A stretch of 63,568 nucleotides of DNA, the filler included, from Octopus bimaculoides (Eukaryota), in NCBI RefSeq assembly GCF_001194135.2. It is 5 parts of 5 records of this genome, joined end to end, with 100 filler letters (N's around TTAATTAATTAA, not from the genome) between each part and the next. Parts side by side here need not be neighbours in the genome. Positions count along the whole stretch, not along the records: positions 1 to 11,913 come from NC_068982.1; positions 12,014 to 31,895 come from NC_068988.1; 3 more parts are not named here. One strand, given 5' to 3'. The position numbers and the translations under genes were made by a program. How positions within the stretch are numbered: position 1 is the first letter of the stretch; every line of letters starts with the position of its first letter. Shown here one piece after another: positions 11,128 to 23,042 of this stretch. The notes beneath the pieces were generated by a model. It was not told where the DNA came from. It did not search any database and was given only the letters and a program-made list of their open reading frames with translations.

Positions 11128-12013
11128 ATGTATGTATGTCAGGTCACTTGTGAGGCCCCACATGACAGCTACTGGTAACAAGGAATCCAGTACAACTTGT
11201 TGCATGATCAAATCATCGGCGACTAAATCAGAACCCCAACCAGGCTAGCCTGATGAAGAGAGTTGCTAGAAATCCAGCAGGACTGAAAACGGGCCCCGTC
11301 AAACAGACGAATAAACTCATTGCTGGTTCAACAACTATCAAGCAAAAATATAGGTTCTCAGAAATTCTTGTGGGTGTCTGGTTTACTGGAGGTTACTCTG
11401 ATATAAAACCGGATATGCAGGCAATTGCATTGGACATTTTGACGATCATTTGCTTGCACTTGAACTCATGGCACTAAAATATTGATACAAAATATCTTGC
11501 TTGGGCTTGTCTCAGGATTATGTCAGTAGGGTGGAGAGGTGTCTATGAGGTGTCGTGCAAACTTTAGGGGATCTAAAATTTTGCATAGGTATTGTTTTGT
11601 TCGTGATGGTTATATTCATCTGCGAGTTGACAGCCATCTTGTATGTATGTAATCCTGCCGAATACATTCACAAGAACATCCTTGACCTTCGGCGAAAAAA
11701 GAAACCGACATAGCAACAAAAACAAAATCATTTTGCAAACCATGTCGAAAACTTACGTAGAAAAATCCGGAAGAGAAAAGTACGAGGAATATAAATTGCA
11801 AGTTTACCGTCGATTAATGTATTTAAAATTGTTTTTTTTTTTCCATTGGTGCTTCCACACAACCATATTAGAAAAAATAGAAAGACGTTTGAGGTCCGTC
11901 CATTTTTTCCCGCNNNNNNNNNNNNNNNNNNNNNNNNNNNNNNNNNNNNNNNNNNNNTTAATTAATTAANNNNNNNNNNNNNNNNNNNNNNNNNNNNNNN
12001 NNNNNNNNNNNNN

Positions 12014-12047
<34 letters not shown>

Positions 12048-12139
12048 ATACATACATACATACACGCGCATATATGTGTGTATCTATATACATACATACA
12101 TACATACATACATACATGCATACATATATTGTTGTTGGT

Positions 12140-12565
12140 ATAATGTTGTTTGGGACAGATAAGAAAACGTATGTACCGTCATAGAGGTCAGCTGTCCTGC
12201 TGATGTAATATCTCTTTGAAAATCAAAGAGAAAGAACATAACAATGGACAACTGCTTCAAAACCTTCTATATCTGGATTACAAATTTTCATTTATACCAA
12301 TAATGATTGGTGTACTTGGTTTTATAAGTAAAATCCTGATTGTCAGTATGGATAAGCTTGGATTTTCAGGAAATAAAAACAACCAACTGTCTCGCACATT
12401 ACAAACACAATCTCTACGCGGAACAGGGAGACTGTGCAAGATTTTTCTCAGGCTTAAAATGTGAGATTGTTTTCTGAAGCTTGATTCCAACGATGGAGCT
12501 TTGTATCTTTGTAAGAATCCAGCTACTTCTTCAAAGCAAAAATTTGTATAATTAAAAACAGAGAA
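12140..12565 (+). mobile_element. R4/Dong-like non-LTR retrotransposon 3' fragment (restriction-like endonuclease C-terminus and 3' UTR)
   Basis: VWD..VIEVSCPADV.SLKIKEKEHNNGQLL..YKFSFIPIMIGVLG..LQTQS..CKIFLRLKM*; homologous to 57860-59225; (CATA)n on both sides. Confidence 0.8.
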
Positions 12566-12584
12566 CGTACATACATACATGATG

Positions 12585-12900
12585 GCTGACCCCCTCGTTA
12601 TCGAGTATCGCCATTGCACGAAGCTTAACTTAACGGTCCTGTGATCGAATGCGACTTTTTAGCCCAGCCAAAGATCTACAATGTCTTGCACAGAGTTGGC
12701 ATCCAAAACCTTTACTGGCAATAGCTGGCTGTTGTTGTAATTGGGTTCCATGTACCTTTGCGTGTCGTTTAAGTCCTCTTGCTGAATCACACTCCCTTCC
12801 ACATGCCCGACAGACATGATTAGTATGGTGTGTAGCATAATCACCAGCGGCCTGGTAGTCAATCATCGGTCTTGCTTTATGACTATGAAGATGACTCATA
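12585..12900 (-). mobile_element. RTE-like LINE 3' fragment with two C2H2-type fingers
   Basis: CRACGRECDSARGLKRHAKVH and CQLCARHCRSLAGLKSRIRS, then a short UTR ending GAGGGGGTCAGCCATC. Confidence 0.65.
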
Positions 12901-12902
12901 AG

Positions 12903-12950
12903 CACATACATACATACATACATACATACATACATACATACATACATACA
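12903..12950. repeat. (CATA)n microsatellite
   Basis: Pure CATA run. Confidence 0.95.
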
Positions 12951-13178
12951 CGATGATTACAACTCGATTTCGAGCAACGTTATCGTTTGTTTGCCATCTT
13001 AAGGTAAGCGGATGCGGATTTTCATTGCTGCTAGGGATCCACTCTCTTTTGCACAGATGTGATAACGATGGAATCTTCTTACTTGCCGGTATTCAGAAAG
13101 TTACCATTTGTGCTGACATATGCTTTCAATCCATCATGATATTTTTCATTGAGTGTTTTGCACAGTATATTAGAGATG

Positions 13179-13560
13179 TGGAGGCGCAATGGCCCAGTGG
13201 TTAGGGCAGCGGGGTCGCCGTCTTAGGATCACGGTTTCGATTCCCAGACCGGGCCTTGTGAGTGTTTATTGAGCGAAAACACCTTAAGCTCCACGAGGCT
13301 CCGACAGGGGGTGGTGGCGAACCCTGCTGTACTCTTTCACCACGACTTTCTCTCACTCTTACTTCCTGTTTCTGTTGTGCCTGTATTTCAAAGGGCCAGC
13401 CTTGTCACACTCTGTGTCACGCTGAATCTCCCCGAGAACTACGTTAAGGGTACACTTGTCTGTGGAGGTCTTAGCCACTTGCACGTTAATTTCACGAGCA
13501 GGCTGTTCGGTTGATCGAATCAACTGGAACCCTCGTCGTCGTAACCGACGGAGTGCCACC
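13179..13560 (+). mobile_element. SINE family B, full length
   Basis: tRNA-like head TGGCCCAGTGGTTAGGGC...GGTTTCGATTCCC; 10-bp TSD ATTAGAGATG at 13169-13178 and 13561-13570. Confidence 0.93.
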
Positions 13561-13828
13561 ATTAGAGATGAATGCAAAACATAGAGAATTGAAGTGTCGT
13601 ATAGTAAGGCAGGACGTTGCACAGGACCAAACCCGTTCTCTAAAGAACTTATGCATTTGCCATCATTAGATGCAAACGAAGTCAGTCGTTGCAACAGTAC
13701 TGTCGTACTTCTAGAGAAATGTTTAAAGCAAAATTAGGGGTCTTGTCTCTCTTTGTCTCTGGCTTTCTCTTCCTCCCCCCCCTCTCTCTCTCTTTCACTC
13801 AGCTGTTAGCCATTTTTTTGTTCCGCAG

Positions 13829-13864
13829 GGTGTCTCACGAAGCACTCCTGACCAAACAGACTCG
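13829..13864 (+). CDS. candidate 36-nt internal exon (GVSRSTPDQTDS or VSHEALLTKQT)
   Basis: Long pyrimidine tract, TTTTTTTGTTCCGCAG acceptor, TCG|GTAGGG donor; two open frames; no recognised homology. Confidence 0.3.
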
Positions 13865-13919
13865 GTAGGGTTGTCAGTTTAGTCACCGATAAGTTGTACG
13901 CACGCATGCGATCGCACTT

Positions 13920-13974
<55 letters not shown>

Positions 13975-13984
13975 NNNNNNNNNN

Positions 13985-14308
13985 ACATACATCCATATAT
14001 GCATGTACACAAGCTTATGTATAAATATAGTAAATACATACATACATACATACACACACTCACACACACACATACACACATACATACACACACACACATA
14101 CATACATACATACATACATACACACACATACACTCAAACACATACATACACACATACATACACACATACATAAACACATATATACATACATACATACGTG
14201 CATACATACATACATATATACATACACACATACATACATACATACATACATACATACATACATACATACATACAAACATACATACATACATACACATACA
14301 TACATACG
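13985..14308. repeat. compound (CATA)n/(CA)n array
   Basis: About 320 bp of interleaved CATA/CA units. Confidence 0.95.
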
Positions 14309-14309
14309 T

Positions 14310-14485
14310 ATTGGTCTACGCAACGCAAAACAGATCTGCATAAAAATCTAGTAAGGCAGGGCTTCTTGAAGAAAGAACAGAGCAAACTGATTTGCGTTCT
14401 CCAAACTCAATCGATTAGTAATAAGGTGAAAATTGATAAAACATTCTACGAATTCTCCATTCAAGGCTCTTGGGATGAACACATG
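14310..14485 (+). mobile_element. R4/Dong-like LINE, extreme 3' fragment
   Basis: GFLKKEQSKLICVLQTQSISNKVKIDKTF matches the C-terminus of the 12140 and 57860 copies; directly follows (CATA)n. Confidence 0.65.
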
Positions 14486-15586
14486 CACATAATTACATAT
14501 GCATACGAAATATAAACACACACACACACACACACACACACATCTAAACGGTAATGATGGACAGATCCTTGTGTACTAAAGCTACATGCATACCCACCAC
14601 ATAAGTATGCATGCCACTTTATCCACACACACACACACACACACACAACCCAATCTACGTGTCTACAAACTCGAACTGTTTTGACTTAAACAAAAGAACG
14701 TTGTCACTCTGTTAGCGACTGGTTTAATTTCTGCAAAGGATAAAAAAAAATGATTTAAATCGTTATAGTTTTGTTCATATCAAATTCCTTAATATCCCAT
14801 TCTTAATATCACTTAAATATTATTTTTATTCTTTAATATCACATAAAATATCGAATTCTCAATATATCATTTTACATCTGCAATTTTTCAAATTTTGTTG
14901 TTGTTTTAAAATTTCCCCATAATTTATTTTCAACATCATAAGCGTTCCCTATAGATTATTTCAAACATTCTTTAGACCTGTCATTAACAGTAATATATCT
15001 TCTCAATTACTTCATTTCAGCTAATCCAATATTCACGTAATGTTTTCATTAATGAGATGATCAAATTTTCATACGGTTGATATAAAATTTCATTTCTCTA
15101 CGTTGTTTCCTTTCATATGATTGCAAACAAAAAGATTCTGATGGTTTCCCGTTTCATTTCTATTTTCAAGATTTTCGTTTTCAGCTTTCGCCTTGCTACA
15201 ATGTTTCAGTTTTAACATCACTGCAAACAGGAAGTTAACTCGGTCTCAATCTAGGTTCAGAATAAGAAAAGTAAACATTGATGCATCACAACCGGAGAAC
15301 AACAAAGTCAGCCCAGTGCAAAGATGCGTCACATGACCGAACCAGTATGTGTCCGTCATACTTTACAAACTTAGGAGAAAAGACGACAAAACAGCAAGAA
15401 GCATGTGAGAAAATATGAGACTACAAAACAGCAATAGGGTCTGTGCATATGAGAAAATATGAGAGAGACGAAAAACAGATGGAGAGCTATTGAATGGACA
15501 CTAACAATTACATAACAAGGGAAGGGCTGTAAAGGCGGCTTGAAATAAAACAAGAAAAGCTTGAGAAACGGCTTCAAAACATAAAT

Positions 15587-15774
15587 CTTTTACTTGTTTC
15601 AGTCATTAGCCAGCGGCCATGCTGGGGCACCACCTTGATCAATTTTAGCTGAACTTATCGACCCCAGTACTTCTTATTTTTTGTAAAGCCTGGTAGGTAT
15701 TTATTCTATCGGTCTCTTTTGTCGAATCGCTAATTTTTGGGGACGTAAACACACCAACACCGGTTGTCAAGTCG
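15587..15774 (-). mobile_element. SINE family A, 3' fragment
   Basis: Reverse complement of the family A tail (TTTACTTGTTTCAGTCATT...GGCCATGCTGG). Confidence 0.8.
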
Positions 15775-16004
15775 TCAGTTGATGAATTTCAAGAAGTTTC
15801 AAAAGAGTTTTATATTAGAAATATGGATGCTGCACGTTAAAAGTTTTAGCAAGCCAACAATGCTAAATTACGTCGTTACAACATGCACTGAATACTCAGG
15901 TAACACAGCTAAACAACAAATGCAGAAAATACACACCATATATAAAACACAATGTCGCTGAAAAATACGCAATCTGTTTGCGTTATGTGCGTGTGTGTAT
16001 GTGC

Positions 16005-16620
16005 GCACGCGTATGGCTGGAGCTTCGGTCACTAAAATCGATGAATTGTATAATGCTTCGAGAGATACAGTCTGTAAAATAGTGTTAGCAGTCCAAGACC
16101 AAGACAGAACCAGCTCTCGTAAGCACCATTTTGGTCGGAGGGCAAACTTAGCACAGAGAGACCACAGGATAGTGAGATGTATTGTGCCTAAAAATTATCT
16201 AACTACGGCAGCAAAAGTGATAGCTAAACTAGCCCCTTGCTAACGCCGTTCGTTGTAAGCCCCATAAAATTGGATACCATGGGACGGTTCCAATTACTAA
16301 AACTCTGTTGCTACCTATCAACATTGAAACACACTGAAAACATTGTGTTTAGACTATCAGAAGTAGTCAGTGACTTAATGGAACAATGTTATCTTCTCTG
16401 ATTAATCATCATTCATAATTTTCCCCACTACGGGATGAGTTGATGCTCCGTGACCGCCCTAACTGCTTGGCCTCTACCGTTAAAGATGGCGATAGTTCTG
16501 TAATGATTTGAACCACTATATCACGGAATACTCTTGGCTCTTTCGTTGTTCTACATGGCAGAGTTAATGCCAAGGACTATCTGAATATTTTGGCTGAAGC
16601 TGTCAATTCTACTGTTCAAA
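16005..16620 (+). mobile_element. Tc1-like transposase fragment (decayed)
   Basis: RMAGASVTK, TTAAKVIAKL, HKIGYHG, WNNVIFSD, TVKDGDSSVMI and LHGRVNAKDYLNILAE; cut by the SINE at 16621. Confidence 0.85.
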
Positions 16621-16932
16621 TGTGGAGGCGCAATGGCTCAGTGGTTAGGGCAGCGGAGTCGCGGTCATAGGATCGCGGTTTCGATTCCCAGACCGGGCGT
16701 TGTGAGTGTTTATTGAGCGAAAACACCTAAAGCTCCACGAGGCTCCGGCAGGGGATGGTGGCGAACCTTGCTGTACTCTTTCACCACAACTTTCTCTCAC
16801 TCTTACTTCCTGTTTCTGTTGTGCCTGTAATTCAAAGGGTCAGCCTTGTCACACTGTGTCACGCTGAATATCCCCGAGAACTACGTTAAGGGTACACGTG
16901 TCTGTGGAGTGCTCAGCCACTTGCACGTTAAT
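16621..16932 (+). mobile_element. SINE family B (runs into gap)
   Basis: Same head and body as 13179-13560. Confidence 0.92.
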
Positions 16933-17700
16933 NNNNNNNNNNNNNNNNNNNNNNNNNNNNNNNNNNNNNNNNNNNNNNNNNNNNNNNNNNNNNNNNNNNN
17001 NNNNNNNNNNNNNNNNNNNNNNNNNNNNNNNNNNNNNNNNNNNNNNNNNNNNNNNNNNNNNNNNNNNNNNNNNNNNNNNNNNNNNNNNNNNNNNNNNNNN
17101 NNNNNNNNNNNNNNNNNNNNNNNNNNNNNNNNNNNNNNNNNNNNNNNNNNNNNNNNNNNNNNNNNNNNNNNNNNNNNNNNNNNNNNNNNNNNNNNNNNNN
17201 NNNNNNNNNNNNNNNNNNNNNNNNNNNNNNNNNNNNNNNNNNNNNNNNNNNNNNNNNNNNNNNNNNNNNNNNNNNNNNNNNNNNNNNNNNNNNNNNNNNN
17301 NNNNNNNNNNNNNNNNNNNNNNNNNNNNNNNNNNNNNNNNNNNNNNNNNNNNNNNNNNNNNNNNNNNNNNNNNNNNNNNNNNNNNNNNNNNNNNNNNNNN
17401 NNNNNNNNNNNNNNNNNNNNNNNNNNNNNNNNNNNNNNNNNNNNNNNNNNNNNNNNNNNNNNNNNNNNNNNNNNNNNNNNNNNNNNNNNNNNNNNNNNNN
17501 NNNNNNNNNNNNNNNNNNNNNNNNNNNNNNNNNNNNNNNNNNNNNNNNNNNNNNNNNNNNNNNNNNNNNNNNNNNNNNNNNNNNNNNNNNNNNNNNNNNN
17601 NNNNNNNNNNNNNNNNNNNNNNNNNNNNNNNNNNNNNNNNNNNNNNNNNNNNNNNNNNNNNNNNNNNNNNNNNNNNNNNNNNNNNNNNNNNNNNNNNNNA

Positions 17701-17880
17701 TATATACATATATACGACGGGCTTCTTTCAGTTTCCGTCTACCAAATCCACTCACAAGGCTTTGGTCGGCCCGAGGCTATAGTAGAAGACACTTGCCCAA
17801 GGTGCCACGCAGTGGGACTGAACCCAGAACCATGTGGTTGATAAGCAAGCTACTTACCACACAGCCACTCCTGCGCCTAT
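17701..17880 (-). mobile_element. SINE family A, 5' half
   Basis: Reverse complement of head GGCGCAGGAGTGGCTGTGTGGTAAG; the gap begins in its internal microsatellite. Confidence 0.92.
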
Positions 17881-17891
17881 ACGCACACATT

Positions 17892-18020
17892 CTTTTATTC
17901 TTTTAATTGTTTTTTTAGTCATTTGACTGCGGCCATGCTGGAGCACCACCTTAATGGGTTGTAGTCGAACAAATCGACCCCAGGACTTATTCTTAGTAAG
18001 TCTAGTACTTATTCTATTGG
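17892..18020 (-). mobile_element. SINE family A, 3' fragment
   Basis: Tail motif GTCATTTGACTGCGGCCATGCTGGAGCACC. Confidence 0.85.
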
Positions 18021-18175
18021 ATGGCCTGCTTCTCCAGGTGTTGAGCTGCAGGCCCACTGACATTACTTGATTAATTCTTTTGTTCCTGTCACCACCTCGT
18101 GTTCCCTCAGTATAGTGCTGAACACTTCGATATGTTTGTTGTTCATCGCTATTACAGTGACATCCTACGCATATA

Positions 18176-18189
18176 CAATGATGATGATA

Positions 18190-18229
<40 letters not shown>

Positions 18230-18272
18230 CGATGACAACGTCGATGACAACGTCGACGACAACGATGATTGT
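18176..18272. repeat. (GAT)n/(GAC)n microsatellite
   Basis: Trinucleotide run. Confidence 0.9.
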
Positions 18273-18534
18273 GATGAGTTAGCTGTCCAGTTTCTTTCTC
18301 TATGTAAAACGATACGATTGCATTTGAGACGGAAATGTTAGTAACAGGTCTACTAACTGGTTCAAATCTTAAATTGGTGCCGGAAACTCTATACTTGTAT
18401 ACAAAAGCTGGGATATGAATTTTTGAATACGTTTTATCCTCCATCCCACCCAGAGCTACGATTAGTCAGACAATTGTTTAAATGTTATTCGTGTGTGTGT
18501 GTATATTTGTGTGTCGGTGTGCACNNNNNNNNNN

Positions 18535-18578
<44 letters not shown>

Positions 18579-18729
18579 TCAGGGTGGAAATGTGGAGTGA
18601 CTGAGTATCAGTTGAATATGTCAGCTGTATTGGACTAGAATCATGGAATGGCTATCGTGTAAGAATAAATGGTATCAAGAATGTCTTTCTAATGAACTTT
18701 CTTTTTTCGTTTTCCCCTCTTTTTCTTTG

Positions 18730-18783
<54 letters not shown>

Positions 18784-18796
18784 CATCATCATCATC

Positions 18797-18858
<62 letters not shown>

Positions 18859-18874
18859 CATTATTATTATTATT

Positions 18875-19427
18875 GAGTGAGAGAGCAGTGCATGCCATCA
18901 AAGTGACACTGGGGTACAAATATACGAAACCCAATACACCTATCATGACTACTCATCTAAGAGTACACCAGGCACATGCATCACAACCATATGTGCACGA
19001 CATGGTGATCTCATAACAGGGTTAACAACGCATGACCTTGCAGATGGGGCCCAGTTAGAATTTTCTTCAGGTCGAGTATCCCATGCCGCTCAAAAGGACC
19101 CTGAATAAGGGTTGTTTAAGGATGTCGGACAAACCACCTATGTTTCCAGAAGCGAATTATTCAAACCCCAAAGAATTCATCTCAACACATGGCTATGATG
19201 CTCCCCCACTACTTCTGCTCGTGATCAGAGATGCACATATTGCCAGTCATTAAATGACATGCTGAACTGGTTACGGTCAAACAACTGACAAGCAAATCTG
19301 TGGTATTGAGCAGAATATTTGCTGTAGCCCATCTTTTTATACCAAGACAAAACAATGTAGATGATAACACTTCCAATCAGTTAAGATCAGAAGCCTTGAG
19401 AGCCACTATCTGGTACTGCATCAGGGC

Positions 19428-19429
<2 letters not shown>
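18875..19429 (+). mobile_element. probable retroposon segment embedded in (ATT)n
   Basis: Complex 555-bp sequence between (ATT)n arrays at 18731-18874 and 19428-19496; no ORF; family unassigned. Confidence 0.45.
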
Positions 19430-19490
<61 letters not shown>

Positions 19491-19507
19491 CATTATGTTT
19501 CCCCATA

Positions 19508-19697
19508 AGGCTGGACGAAATGTTTAGCAGCATTTCGCCAGTCGCTACGTTCTGAGTTCAAATTCCGCCGAAGTCGACTTTGCCTTTCATCCTTTCGGGG
19601 TCGATAAATTAAGTACCAGTGAAATTCTGAGGTCGATGTAATCGACTAGTCCCCTCCCCCAAAAGTTCAGGCCTTGTGCCTATAATAGAAAGGCTTA
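19508..19697 (+). mobile_element. SINE family C (Meta-domain-like core)
   Basis: GAGTTCAAATTCC B-box; CTTTGCCTTTCATCCTTTCGGGGTCGATAAATTAAGTACCAG; followed by an (ATT)n tail. Confidence 0.88.
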
Positions 19698-19703
19698 TTA
19701 TTA

Positions 19704-19743
<40 letters not shown>

Positions 19744-19980
19744 GGAATAACAATTGAATTTAGCTGGGAATTTAACCCGTCTTCCACACCGTCTCTGTCA
19801 GAAACTTTATCTTATCAACTATGCTCTTTCTCTCATTAAACATGCACATATTTGTATACGCATGTATGTATGCATTCATACATGTGTGTGCGTGTATGTG
19901 TGTGTGTGCGCGTGCGCAAATATGTGCAGACAAAATGAGTGACATGACATAGTTGATAAGATAAGTTTTTTGACTATGTC

Positions 19981-20027
<47 letters not shown>

Positions 20028-20652
20028 CACCGTCTAGGAATACATAAGCCAGGAAAAATATGCACTCGTATATTTGTCAATAGAATGGATATACTAATCG
20101 AAACGTATAGTAGTATAAATCCATTACGGCTGATCTTACNNNNNNNNNNNNNNNNNNNNNNNNNNNNNNNNNNNNNNNNNNNNNNNNNNNNNNNNNNNNN
20201 NNNNNNNNNNNNNNNNNNNNNNNNNNNNNNNNNNNNNNNNNNNNNNNNNNNNNNNNNNNNNNNNNNNNNNNNNNNNNNNNNNNNNNNNNNNNNNNNNNNN
20301 NNNNNNNNNNNNNNNNNNNNNNNNNNNNNNNNNNNNNNNNNNNNNNNNNNNNNNNNNNNNNNNNNNNNNNNNNNNNNNNNNNNNNNNNNNNNNNNNNNNN
20401 NNNNNNNNNNNNNNNNNNNNNNNNNNNNNNNNNNNNNNNNNNNNNNNNNNNNNNNNNNNNNNNNNNNNNNNNNNNNNNNNNNNNNNNNNNNNNNNNNNNN
20501 NNNNNNNNNNNNNNNNNNNNNNNNNNNNNNNNNNNNNNNNNNNNNNNNNNNNNNNNNNNNNNNNNNNNNNNNNNNNTAATCAACATAAGCAACAGGATAT
20601 CAAGAAGTGATGTACTACGACCGTTTCAAGTGACTCCATTTAATTGAACAAT

Positions 20653-20868
20653 GCAGCTGGCAGAAACGTTAGCACGCCGGGTGAAATGCTTAACGATATT
20701 TCGTCTGCCGTTACGTTTTGAGTTCAAACTCTGCCGAGGTAGACTTTGCTTTTCATCCTTTCGGGGTCGATTAAATAAGTACCAGTTCGCACTGGGGTCG
20801 ATGTAATCGACTTTAATCCGTTTGTTTGTCCCCTCTATGTTTAACCCCCTGTGGGGAATAAAGAAATA
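20653..20868 (+). mobile_element. SINE family C
   Basis: Head GCTGGCAGAAACGTTAGCACGCCGG and the same core motif. Confidence 0.9.
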
Positions 20869-21521
20869 AATTTAAATGCAGAGCTATCATCAGCTATCAT
20901 CAGTTGGTCACATTAATATAATTTTTCTCAAATGCTTTTACAGAGCAAGAAGATGGAAGAAATCCATGTTGTCGCTATTGTAGCTAAGAATAGACTACAG
21001 CTTCTTGATATCCTGTTGCTTATTTTAATTTTATTCACCTTATTTCGAGCTGTACGGATAATACCGGACTGACTTGGTGCTTCATCTTAAGTACCTAATT
21101 CAATTTAAATTTGAAAATAGGTTATAAAAAATAATAGTAGTACATAATTAGTTAGTACAATAAACAGAATAATACAAAAATTAGTTATATATTACAGTAA
21201 AATCTACCTAAAACAACACAAATTCACAGTAAAATTTGCTCGAGTTATTGCCTAAGTTATTGCCACGTCTTCACGTTTTTAGTCTTGAACAATGCTTATT
21301 TTTTTACATAATGAATTTGCCTACCATATATAATATTCTACTTTACATAAAACTTTAGCTATATTGGTACTTCTGGCTCTAATTTTTTAAGTATTCTAGT
21401 ATGTCAATGTTTTAACAAAATGATGATAACTTTTTTAATCATGTTACTTTGTAAATTAAAATCAAATAATTTTTAACATTCAAATTTTATCCTTAGCTGC
21501 AATATTTTAAGCAAAAATTTT

Positions 21522-21605
21522 CTTGTTCTGTACTTTACCAGACATAATACCTTGTCCTGAACTTTTCCAAGTGTAATAGCTTGTCCTGTACTTTTCCACA
21601 TTTAT
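21522..21605. repeat. 29-bp tandem repeat, about 3 copies
   Basis: CTTGTCCTGTACTTTTCCA-based units at 29-bp period. Confidence 0.75.
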
Positions 21606-23042
21606 ATTCTTAAAAATATTATTTCTCTTCCTCGCATTTTCCCACCTAATCCTTGTTTTTTTTCCAAGCTATGCTATTATGCTAATTAATAATGTGTCAA
21701 ATGTGTCAATTAGCGGTGTCGTTGGTAATTTTTTTCCTTACCTCAATGATGCCGGTGACATATATTAAAAGTCTCCTTGAACTATATTCATAAAAATGTA
21801 TAGAACTATATTATCACCCCCAAATTTGAGAAACAAACACTCATAACTTTTTTTCTTTTCAAACTTCATTACATGAGATTGATACCATGAAATTCATTTA
21901 AATGAGCTCTGTCATTTAAACTTAATTAAAATATAGTCTATTTTTAAAATATAAAGTTAATTACACTTCAATCCAATTTTTTGCCTTATATTTTTCATGA
22001 CATTTTACCTTTACAGCATTTTTAATACAAATTTTTGTTGCATGGGACCAAAACTATGAAATTCTTCACGCTTTCTTCTATCATTGCAGCTAAGATAANN
22101 NNNNNNNNNNNNNNNNNNNNNNNNNNNNNNNNNNNNNNNNNNNNNNNNNNNNNNNNNNNNNNNNNNNNNNNNNNNNNNNNNNNNNNNNNNNNNNNNNNNN
22201 NNNNNNNNNNNNNNNNNNNNNNNNNNNNNNNNNNNNNNNNNNNNNNNNNNNNNNNNNNNNNNNNNNNNNNNNNNNNNNNNNNNNNNNNNNNNNNNNNNNN
22301 NNNNNNNNNNNNNNNNNNNNNNNNNNNNNNNNNNNNNNNNNNNNNNNNNNNNNNNNNNNNNNNNNNNNNNNNNNNNNNNNNNNNNNNNNNNNNNNNNNNN
22401 NNNNNNNNNNNNNNNNNNNNNNNNNNNNNNNNNNNNNNNNNNNNNNNNNNNNNNNNNNNNNNNNNNNNNNNNNNNNNNNNNNNNNNNNNNNNNNNNNNNN
22501 NNNNNNNNNNNNNNNNNNNNNNNNNNNNNNNNNNNNNNNNNNNNNNNNNNNNNNNNNNNNNNNNNNNNNNNNNNNNNNNNNNNNNNNNNNNNNNNNNNNN
22601 NNNNNNNNNNNNNNNNNNNNNNNNNNNNNNNNNNNNNNNNNNNNNNNNNNNNNNNNNNNNNNNNNNNNNNNNNNNNNNNNNNNTTTCATCGATTCATCCC
22701 AGTCAAGTACTAAAATCGATCGTATCGACTAAGCTGCTCCCAATAAATTTCTGTACTTTTGCCAGTTTTAGAAATATTTATTAAGCTCTTCTCTGTTTGT
22801 GTGTGTGTGTGAGAGAGAGAGAGCGTACGGGAGGAGTGGAGTGGAGTGGAGCTTTGTTGTGTTTTTTTAGCATTTTATCCTGGAAAGTGTTATAGAAAGA
22901 CATTGGATAAGCCTTTTATTAAATAATTTTGTGCTTTGATATTTTGTTCCGGGAAAGAGCTGCTGTAGGATGTGTTGGATAGCCTATGACAACATAGTAA
23001 ATTTTGTGAAAATGCCAATAATTGGTGAATATGATGATGGTT

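Noticed and set aside
11914-12013. TTAATTAATTAA inside N runs (also near 31940, 45280 and 61079)
   Set aside because: Always centred in a 100-bp N block and gives stops in all six frames: an assembly linker, not genomic sequence.
13179-13250. tRNA genes at SINE heads
   Set aside because: A/B boxes are present, but each continues into a repeated SINE body with TSDs and no complete cloverleaf is evident.
13806-14515. MYVC/HTHT/poly-I/poly-D ORFs
   Set aside because: Translations of CATA, CA, ATT and GAT microsatellites.
16846-17841. Long ORFs spanning N gaps (many, e.g. 40216-41271, 56467-57614)
   Set aside because: Length comes from untranslatable Ns.
21340-21410. hAT dimerisation-like motif DILEY.KKLEPE.PI.AKV on the minus strand
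   Set aside because: Needs two frameshifts and the downstream conserved motif is absent.
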